From: the human T2T-CHM13v2.0 reference genome, Homo sapiens
NCBI RefSeq assembly: GCF_009914755.1
Contig: NC_060926.1
Direction: 5' to 3' (one strand)
Length of the DNA stretch: 64,000 nucleotides
Shown: positions 13,101 to 27,395 of the stretch, one piece after another
Position numbering within the stretch: position 1 is the first letter of the stretch
Layout: each line of letters starts with the position of its first letter
Notes under the pieces: generated by a model
The model's database searches: none
The model's input: only the letters and a program-made list of their open reading frames with translations
Told to the model about the DNA's origin: nothing
Program-made: the position numbers and the translations under genes

Positions 13101-13469
13101 ATGGTACTCCACTGGCAAACACATGAGAGTGAGTAGCAAACTTTTGATGAATTCTTTCTGCTTTATGATTTGACTACATTTTTGTCCTTGAATGCATCTT
13201 TAGTTAGAGTTCTTCCACAACTTGAAAACTTCCATATTTTAGGAAAAAAGGATTTATAAGTGAAAAAAGCAGAACTGGTTCAAATGGCCGAAAAGAACCA
13301 TTTACATGTAATGGATAAATGAGAAGGTGGAGAATAAATGCTTTACAGGGAATACAGAGTATTTTGACAAAGTAGGGTTAATATAACTTGCCTTCTGTAA
13401 ATTTTGGGGTATATTGAAAGGATAATAAAGATAGTATTAAGAAGCTTAAGATGAATTCAAGGCACTTGA

Positions 13470-13656
13470 TTCTTTTTCTTTTATTTTCTTTCTTTCTTTT
13501 TTTTAAGCTTCTTCAATGTTTTGGAAAAAGGCACCTTCTTTCTTTAGAGACAGCACTACACTGCCCATGCTGAACTCGAACTCCTGGGCTCGAGCGATCC
13601 TCCCACCTCAGCCTCCCAAGTAGCTGGGGCTGCAGGCGTGCGTCACCGTGCCCAGC
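13470..13656 (-). mobile_element. FLAM_A-like free left Alu monomer with extra 3' segment and A-rich tail
   Basis: Minus strand GCTGGGCACGGTGACGCACGCCTGCAGCCCCAGCTACTTGGGAGGCTGAGGTGGGAGGATCGCTCGAGCCCAGGAGTTCGAG; T-rich tract at 13470-13504. Confidence 0.85.
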
Positions 13657-13819
13657 TTTGTCTTTTACAGTACCTATGTATATAATTGATCTTTTGTAGA
13701 TAATCCTTTAAGTCAAAACAATACAATATTTGTTCATGAACAGTTATTGCCAGTACACAAGTAAACAACTTTAAATAATTTATCCTGTGTTTTAGGGTTT
13801 ATTTTAAATTCAGAGAGGT

Positions 13820-13985
13820 AATACAATACAGTGATCAAGAAGACGACTAGTTTGCATAGGTTCAAAAGTAGTTATGATGTTCAACAAGATAATTAACCTA
13901 TGTTTCACCATATGTAAAATGAGTCCTGGCTTGTGATGTTGTATGATTTAAATATGATAGTATATGTAAAGAGTGTAGTGTTTAT
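13820..13985 (+). mobile_element. MIR remnant
   Basis: CAAGATAATTAACCTATGTTTCACCATATGTAAAATGAG...TTGTATGATTTAAATATGATAGTATATGTAAAG. Confidence 0.6.
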
Positions 13986-14257
13986 TGTTACTACCACCTC
14001 TATATTCTTTTCCTCAATTTAGTGCAAAGTTACAGCTGTCAATAATGACATTTATTAGATTGGGAAAACAGCTTCCCATAGTAATTTATTATACAAGTTT
14101 CTTCTTTCTCCTTTTCCAGGACTTAGGGGAAAAAAAACCTCCCTAAGAATATTTATTACATAAGAAATGTTGCAACTTAATTGCTTTGGAGTCTGCTTAG
14201 TGGAATATCTGGCATACATATTTTTTGGTTTTTATTAAACTATAAGCTTCCTATATC

Positions 14258-14770
14258 TGTCAGCATGTTTAAATGCAAGAAGTAGAAATAACTCTGATTA
14301 AGCAGAATAATTTTTAAAAACGAATATTGGGAGACTCACAGAGGCACTAATAAGGCTAGAGGATAACTTCAAAGCGTCAAAGCTATGCCTTTAGGAAAAA
14401 GACTCCAAATCATACAGCATACCAGCCTGAAGAGAAAATGACCCAGTGGCTGCCATGTCTACCAGGCACTGGATGCTACAGCTGTGTTCCACTCAGACCT
14501 CGAGGTCCTTGTGTTGAGATCTCACTTCGCAATCACTGCTGTCCTCCAAAGTCCAATGCCTCTGCTGCCCACTCACCAGCACACTGGATGCATATGCAGA
14601 GCCGTGTAACTCATGCTGGAGCATGGGTGCTGGTCACATGCCTGTGACTCATTCACGAGCAAGGCAGGGAATTAAGTGTTCTGGCTTTAAACTTACGAAG
14701 GTGGGACTGAAGAGGTCAAAAATTCCCAGATGATTACAATTGTGTTGAAAGGAGTTGAGCAGATAGAAAA
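14258..14770 (-). mobile_element. Ancient ERVL-type LTR remnant (LTR33-like)
   Basis: TGTCAG...TGCAAGAAGTAGAAAATAACTCTG...TTAAGCAGAA start resembles old ERVL LTRs; family uncertain. Confidence 0.35.
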
Positions 14771-14940
14771 CACTAAATATCCTTTATACGCTCCATCTTT
14801 CTGTATGATTAACAGTTTATGGTTTTATAATCAACTATGCTAAGTTCTAGAAGCAGTTATAAAATTTTAGATGAATGAAATAGTTGCGTCACACACAGAT
14901 TCTTGGAAGTGTTTGAATCGCATGAGTATTGTTTGAACTG

Positions 14941-15394
14941 CATAATAGTTAATTTTATGTGTCAATTTGCGTGAGCCACGGGCTATCGATTAAACATTAT
15001 TTCTAGATGTGCCTATAAAAGTGTATCTGTGTAAGATTAGTATTTGAATTGGTGGGCTCAGTAAAGTAGATTGCCCTCCCCAATGTGATTGGGCGTTATC
15101 CAATCTGGTGAGGAGCTGAATAGAGCAAAGTGGAGAAAGTAGGAATTCACTCCTTGTTGCCTCGTTTACTGCTAGAGCTGGGACATCTCATCTCATCTCT
15201 TGGCCTTGGATTAGGGATTTAAACCATTGGCTTCTCTGGATCTCAAGTCTGCCGAGTAGTACTGAATTATACAGCTGGCATTCCTGAGTCTCTAGCTTGT
15301 AGATGGTTGATCGTGGGACTTAGCCTCCATATATGCATATTAATATATGTATCTCCTGTTGGTTCTGTTTCTCTGGAGAACCCTGACTAGTACA
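14941..15394 (+). mobile_element. MLT2 (ERVL) solo LTR
   Basis: GTTAATTTTATGTGTCAA start, GGTTCTGTTTCTCTGGAGAACCCTGACTAGTACA end; TSD AACTG at 14936-14940 and 15395-15399. Confidence 0.92.
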
Positions 15395-15539
15395 AACTGA
15401 CATTAGTGTCAGCATTTGAATGCTATGGAACTGCTCTTTGTTATCTAACATGTAGAGTATTTTACACGTACGAGCAATACAAAGTTCAGTTTTACTGCTG
15501 TTTTATAGCCTCAACTGAAGCCATTTAGGAAAATCTTTC

Positions 15540-15885
15540 AATGGTTAACTTTTGTGGAATTTTAAGTTTCTTTACTTTCGAGACCCATAGTTCAAAAGCT
15601 ACAAGAAGGCAGTAAGTGACAAGTCTCTTTCCCATTCCTGTCCACCAGTGGCTGAGTACCACTCCCTTCAGGCAGCCCATGCTAGCAATTTCTTGTGAAT
15701 CCTTCCAAAGATATATAGGCAAACACTACATTCTATCCAGACTGTAATATCCTATTATATCGTTCTGTATTCTTTTGCTTTTGTCACATACCAATATAGC
15801 TTGTATGCCATTCTGTGTCAGTAAAAACCATGCTCCTCATTATCGTATGGGCTGCACAATATTCCATTGTATGGATGCACCAACA
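15540..15885 (-). mobile_element. L1ME-type 3' end remnant
   Basis: TTTCTTGTGAATCCTTCCAAAGATAT and GGCTGCACAATATTCCATTGTATGGATGCACCA antisense L1M motifs. Confidence 0.7.
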
Positions 15886-16695
15886 CTTTTAAAAGCAATT
15901 TTCGAGGAGACTTACCAAAATGGCTGAGTAGGAACAGCTCTGGTCTGCAGCTCCTAGCGAGATCAATGCAGGAGGTGGGTGATTTCTGCATTTCCAACTG
16001 AGATACCCAGCTCGTCTCATTGGGACTGGTTAGACAGTGGGTGCAGCCCATGGAAGGTGAGGTGAAGCAGGGTGGGGCATTGCCTCACCCAGGAAACACA
16101 AGGGGTTGGTGTACTCCCTCCCCTAGCCGAGGGAAGCTGTAAGGGACTGGGCAGTGAGAAATGGTGCACTCCAGTCCGGATATTATGCTTTTCCCATGGT
16201 CTTCGCAACCCACAGACCAGGAGATTCCCTTGAGTGCATACACCACCAGGGCCCTGGATTTCAAGCACAAAACTGGGCTCCATTTGGGCAGACACCGAGC
16301 TAGCTGCAGGAGGATTTTTATTTATACCCCAGTGGCACCTGGAACACCACTGAGACGACAGAACCATTCACTCCCCTGGAAAGGGGGCTGAAGCCAGGGA
16401 GCCAAGGGGTCTAGGTCAGCAGATCCCACCCCCACAGAGCCCAGGAAGCTAAGATCCACTGGCTTGAAATTCTTGCTGCCACCACGGCAGTCTGAAGTCG
16501 ATCTGGGATGCTCAAGCTTAGTCGGGGAAGGGATGTCCACAATTACTGAGGCTTGAGTAGGTGGTTTTCCCCTCACAGTGTAAACAAAGCAGCAGGGAAG
16601 TTCCAACTGGGCGGAGCCCTTTGCAGCTCGGCAAAGCCACTGTAGCCAGCCAGACTGCCTCTCTAAATTCCTCCTCTCTGGGCAGGAGATCTCCA

Positions 16696-16738
16696 GGGGG
16701 GTGGTGGGGGGTGTGGGGGGTGGTGGGGAGGGAGGGGG
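16696..16738 (+). repeat. G-rich tract with G-quadruplex potential in the L1 5'UTR
   Basis: Six runs of 3-6 G separated by short T/A-containing linkers. Confidence 0.8.
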
Positions 16739-17290
16739 AAAGCAACAGCCCCAGTTAGGGGCTTATAGATAAAACCCCCATCTCCCGGGGACGGAGCACC
16801 TTGGGGGAAGGGGTGGCTGTGGGCACAGCTTCAGAAGACTTAAATGTTCCTGCCTGCCAGCTCTGAAGAGAGCAGCAGTTCTCCCAGCACAGTGCTTGAG
16901 CTCTGCTAAGGGATAGACTGCCTCCTCAAGTGGGTCCTGGACCCCTGTGCCTCCTGATGGGGAGACACCTCTCAGCAGAGCTTGACAGACATATCACACA
17001 GGAGAGCTCTGGCTGGGATCTGGCGGGTGCCACTCTGGGACGAAGCTTCCAGGGGAAGGAACAGGCAGCAATCTTTGCTGTTCTGCAGCCTCCACTGGTG
17101 ATACCTAGGCAAACAGGGTCTGGAGTGGACCTCCAGCAAACTCCAACAGACCTGCAGCAGAGGGGCCTGTTAGAAGAAAAACTAATGAACATAAAGGAAG
17201 AGCATCAACATCAACAAAAAGGATGTCCACACAGAAACCCCATCCAAAGGCCACCAACATCAAAGACCAAAGGTAGATGAATCCACGAAG

Positions 17291-18296
17291 ATGGGGAGAA
17301 ACCAGCGCAAAAAGGCTGAAATATCCAAAAACCAGAATGCCTCTTCTCCTCCAAAAGATCACAACTCCTCACCAGCAAGGGAACAAAACTGGACAAAAAA
17401 TGAATTTGACAAATTGACAGAGGTAGACTTCAGAAAGTGGGTAATAATGAACTCCTCTGAGCTAAAGGAGTGTCTTCTAACCCAATGCAAGGAAGCTAAG
17501 AGCCTTGAAAAAATGTTAGATGAATTGCTGACTAGGATCACCAGTTGAGAGAAGAACATAAATAACCTGATGGAGCTGAAAAACACAGCACGAGAACATC
17601 ATGAAACATACACAAGTATCAATAGCCGAATTGATCAAGTAGAAGAAAGGATATCAGAGACTGAATATCAACTTAATGAAATAAAACCTGAAGACCAGAT
17701 CAGAGAAAAAACGAATGAAAAGGGATGAACAAAGCCTCAGAGAAATATGGGACTATGTGAAGAGACCAAACCTATGTTTGAATGGTGTACCTGAAAGTGA
17801 CGGGGAAAATGGAACCAAGGTGGAAAACACTTTTCAGGATATTATCCAGGAAAACATCCCCAACCTAGCAAGACAGGCCAATGTTCAAATTCAAGAAATA
17901 CAGAGAACACTACAAAGATACTCCTCAAGAAGAGCAACCCCAAGACACATAATCATCAGACTCACCAAGGTTGAAATAAAGGAAAAAATGTTAAGGGCAG
18001 TCAGAGAGAAAGGTCGGGTTTACCCACAGAGAGAAGCCCATCAGACTACCCTACAAGTCGGAAGAAAATGGGGGCCAATATTCAACATTCTTAGAGAAAA
18101 GAATTTTCAACCCAGAATTTCATATCCAGCCAAACTAAGCTTCATAAGCAAAGGAAAAATAAAATCCTTTACAGACAAGCAAATGCTGAGAGATTTTATC
18201 ACCACCAGGCCTGCCTTACAAGAGCTCCTGAAGGAAGCACTAAACATGGAAAGGAACAACTGGTACCAGCCACTGCAAAAATATACCAAATTGTAA
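17291..18296 (+). pseudogene. L1 ORF1p remnant
   Basis: ORFs 17291-17548 and 17715-18296 match L1 ORF1p (EIWDYVKRPNL, RATPRHIIIR, FQPRISYPAKLSF); premature stop and frameshifts. Confidence 0.93.
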
Positions 18297-18359
18297 AGAC
18301 AATTGACACTATGAAGAAACTGCATCAATTAATGGGCAAAATAACCAGCTAGCAACATA

Positions 18360-23559
<5,200 letters not shown>

Positions 23560-23760
23560 ACAAAGAGAACACATGGACACAGGGACAGGAGCATCACACA
23601 CCAGGACCTGTCAGAGGGTGAGGGGATAGGGGAGGGATAGCATTAGGAGAAATACCTAATGTAGATGATGGGTTGATGGGTGCAGCAAACCACCATGGCA
23701 TGTGTATACCTCTGTAACAAACCTGCATGTTCTGCATATATACCCCAAAACTTAAATTAT

Positions 23761-23958
23761 ATACACACACACACACTCAGACATATATACACACACATAA
23801 TATATAATATATATTATATATACTATATTATATATAATATATATTATATATACTATATTATATATAATATATATTATATATACTATATTATATATAATAT
23901 ATATACTATTATATATAATATAATATATATAATATTATATATATATATATATATGTAT
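23761..23958. repeat. (CA)/(TA)-rich tail with 30-bp minisatellite
   Basis: Three exact copies of TATATAATATATATTATATATACTATATTA at 23801-23890 followed by degenerate TA repeats. Confidence 0.95.
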
Positions 23959-24077
23959 AAGGATTTCCTCCCTAACTTATTTTATGAGGTCAGCATCATT
24001 CTGATACCAAAACCTGGGAGAGACACAATAAAAAAAGAAAATTTCAGGCCAATATCCCTGATGAACAGTGATGCGAA
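23959..24077 (+). mobile_element. Isolated internal L1 ORF2 fragment
   Basis: Encodes [33 protein letters not shown]; flanked on both sides by ATATATATGTATA. Confidence 0.9.
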
Positions 24078-24104
24078 TATATATATGTATATGTGCCACA
24101 TATA

Positions 24105-24525
24105 AAGTCTAGACCTTTAACCAAAGAGTGAGTGGTCTGAATTCAGGACAACTCACCTGAAACACCCAGTGGGTCTTCTGAAGACAGAGTTTGTGCTGGT
24201 ACAAAGTGCCCTTTCAGAGGGAAACACCAGGTGTCAGGTCAAGTCACTTTGAATCCGGCTGACTGATGCCAGATATGCCAACCAAAATGAAGAAGCTGAG
24301 GCAAAGTTTATATATGCAGGGAGTTTATTTGCAACCCTCCAAGCTTGAGGATTGCGACCCAGGAACATAGATGCAATTTGCCCTGAATATACACTCCATT
24401 AGCAGAAGTTACAAGTGGATTTTTAAAGGAAAAAAAAAAAAAGACATTTTCAAGTCGTTTACCAAGAATTTACAATAAAATAACATAAGCTATAAAAAAT
24501 AAAATAAAATAGGCTATTGGCTATT
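24105..24525 (-). mobile_element. Truncated ERV1 (MER4-group, MER34/MER39-like): partial 5' LTR, PBS and leader
   Basis: LTR end reads GGTTGGCA on minus (to 24276), AATAAA on minus (TTTATT 24324-24329), PBS immediately after; family name uncertain. Confidence 0.65.
24251..24271 (-). promoter_or_regulatory. Retroviral primer-binding site, tRNA-Ser type
   Basis: Minus TGGCATCAGTCAGCCGGATTC versus the complement of the tRNA-Ser 3' end TGGCGTAGTCGGCAGGATTC; 4 nt from the LTR end. Confidence 0.7.
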
Positions 24526-25176
24526 TCAATGACAGAAGAGGAGGATAAAGTTAATTCCATGGGCTCACACATTCGTTGTGAATTAAAAATAGAGGATTAG
24601 GACAGAGAAAAGTCAATGAACTTTACAATGAGTAGCCCAGGTGATTTGGAAGGTAGATAAACCAGTGACAGAAAATTGACAGGGAGGGACATTTGATGGA
24701 AGTTACTTAGTTTTGTTTTGATAATTGCAAGTCCTTTCTAGAAAGTTTGTCTCTGAAATCAATACTATGTAGTCTATATATAACAGTTATCTCTTAATGG
24801 ATGAGGCATTCTAACCAATTAATGTGCTTTACTGATAAAACCTTTGTGCCTAAGAAAAAGCAACATAGTAAGATTACAAGGACTGTATTTAAAATGCTGA
24901 TGAAACATTTGCAAAGAAATGCCTAGAAGTCTAAAGGGAAAAGAAAATGGCAATCAGAGTCAAGGAGAAGCAACATTGTGCTTATACACTTGGAGTTCTA
25001 GGTCTGTTATGTATACATTGTAGGTGTTAAAATGTACTTTAGTGTGATGGTGTTAACTAAACCAATCAGTTACTTGTTTAGTTAATTAAACCAATCAGTT
25101 ATTTGTTAATTATAAAATAAATTATACATTAATCACATACTTTTTAAAGTTTACACATTTCAAAGGAAATACTACC

Positions 25177-25204
25177 TTTTTTTTTTTTTTTTTTTTTTTT
25201 TTTT
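25177..25204. repeat. Poly(T)28 tract
   Basis: Uninterrupted T run. Confidence 0.95.
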
Positions 25205-26439
25205 GCAAAAGAGACTGTTACAAAATATAGGCCAATATATTTTAAAGTATTCGCTGGTATTTATTTTGTTCTTAGCTTCAAACTTTGTTTCAAGGTCTAT
25301 TTAGAATTACACACTTTTCAAAGATCATGAAATTCAACTATACAGAAATGTTTACAGATTTTTGGATAGGCATTCAAAACATAGGTGTTAATACAGATAT
25401 TTACTTTATATTTTGTTGAACATCTAGAGATACTGTCTCTCAAGGGAAATATTGACCTTATCTCCAGGTCGCTAAATCTCTATGTTCACTGCAACAAAAG
25501 TCAATATCTGTATCATATCCATTTTCCTAGACAATAACTACTTCTATTCGTGCTGCAATGATTAGTGTTTAAAGACAGCTTATTAAAAAAGAAAACATGA
25601 ATAGAAAACATTTTCAAAGTCTTAAAATTTGTTGACTAGGCAAATAAATAATTATAAAATAAATCGAGTATGCCTAAGCTTTCATATCAAGAAGTTGGAT
25701 TTGCAAATTATTTTTGCCAAGGAAAACAAAAGCTCTTTATGATAAGTAAATACAGTGGGAAAGGGAAGAATTAAGCCTGATAATCTTATGTTTTACAAAT
25801 CTCTCATTACTTTTTTTCTCCTAAACGATATATATTTAGGTTTTTCCCAGCTATATATCTTAGAGATAAAATTTTGTTCTGTTAAGCTGCTGAGAGTTGT
25901 TGGCTTCTTTGTTACTTTGGCACAGTCTTGTATATAATATTAATATAGTATTTAAAGAACAATGGTGTATGTATTAATCGGTTCTTTAAATCATAATAAT
26001 CCTGTATTTCCTTTCTATTATTTCCAAAATAGCAAGCAATATTTTTGGTTACTTTCTGTAATTTTACTTTGAACTTTTTCTAATTCTAGATTTTGAAAAT
26101 AAGTTGTTTGTATTATATAGTCTATGGGAAGTCAGAGTTTCCATCTCTCTTAAATAGAAATTAGTGGGAATGAATGGAAAATCTTAGAATTGAGTTCTTT
26201 TTAAGGAAGGTAAATTAAATGACCAGTGTGAACAACAGCCATCTCCTTAATAAGGGAATTGCTAACACTATCTAATAAATGCCTATAGTGAACATTAAAG
26301 CTATTCCCTAATACTCAGTTTTCCTCTCTACCTCAAAGTACACAAAAATGCTGTTTTTCCTCTCTTCTAATATACTCGATATGAACACGGGGACTCATCA
26401 AGAAATATAAGCAGATAAGGCATGTGTCACTTTCAAGTG

Positions 26440-26645
26440 GTAGTAATCACTTGGCTTTGTATAAGATGGCAGAGCCAAAAAAGTGAAGTAGCATAGATCA
26501 CTGAGTACGGAGAACAGCTTGCTTGGAGGGTCACTTAAACCCACCACAGACTTGAGAAAAAAAATGGATAGATTAAGACATTGATATAGGGGGGTTAGTA
26601 TTGATTATCGTACAGTGTAACTTCACTATTTACACTGCTATACCA
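26440..26645 (+). mobile_element. Old MLT1 MaLR LTR fragment
   Basis: AAGATGGCAGAGCC...ACAGACTTGAGAAAAAAA...TTAAGACATTGATAT pattern of an MLT1J/K-like 3' half. Confidence 0.5.
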
Positions 26646-27333
26646 TCTAGGGAAATAATCAAGAAATCTGGCTCCAGAAATAACTCCTAGCTTTTTTTGA
26701 ACTTATTGAATTGATGGAGAGGCCATGGATGCCATTAATCCAAAATAAACGGAGAAGGGAAAATGAATAGATAACACAGCCTACCTAATTTGGAAATACA
26801 AGAGCCATGTTTCCACTTTCAATTTCTTTTACCTTGTGACTAAATTCTTCTTCATTCATCTCTAAAAGTTATTCTTCAGGTTTGATTTTACCTGGTTTGG
26901 CCAAAGGCCAAAAGTTTCTAATAACAGTTCTCATTAAAATTCCAAGCATGACTTCTTCTACTGTTACCTAATTAAACAAGTTCTTTTTTTGTGTGTATAT
27001 TCAGCAATAATGCTGTAACTTTTCTATATAATCTACTGACCATAATTATTACTTTATCCAGAACTTGGTGGACTATAATTTCTCAGGCCAATTTAATAAG
27101 AATTATGGTCTTGACAGAAACCTAATCTTGAATAGATTACCTTGTGCCATCATTATGAGTCTTTTTATGGCAGTATATAATCCTATCACTGAATGACGGT
27201 GCCCATGGATCTTGGCACTCAGCTACATAACTTAGTGGCAACAATATTGGAAATGGCAGCCCATTCACCTTTCAGGGTGATAGCACTAATACAGTTGCTT
27301 CTCTTCATTTATGCTCTAGAGGCTTACTCAGGA

Positions 27334-27395
27334 GATGATATTACAGAAAACCTTTTTTAAGGTTTTCTATTTCTAATGTTTTCTGTAATATCATC
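27334..27395. repeat. Perfect 18-bp inverted repeat, 26-nt spacer
   Basis: GATGATATTACAGAAAAC (27334-27351) and GTTTTCTGTAATATCATC (27378-27395). Confidence 0.95.

Noticed and set aside
14095-14120. Strong plus-strand acceptor (ttttcttctttctccttttccag)
   Set aside because: No convincing donor nearby; isolated acceptors are common in AT-rich DNA
23680-24105. 141-aa Tyr/Ile-rich ORF
   Set aside because: Translation of TA repeats plus an L1 fragment
24251-24271. tRNA gene fragment
   Set aside because: Only the 3'-end complement next to an LTR, so it is a PBS rather than a tRNA gene
25177-25204. Poly(T) as the tail of a processed pseudogene
   Set aside because: No clear TSD or recognisable retrocopy body next to it
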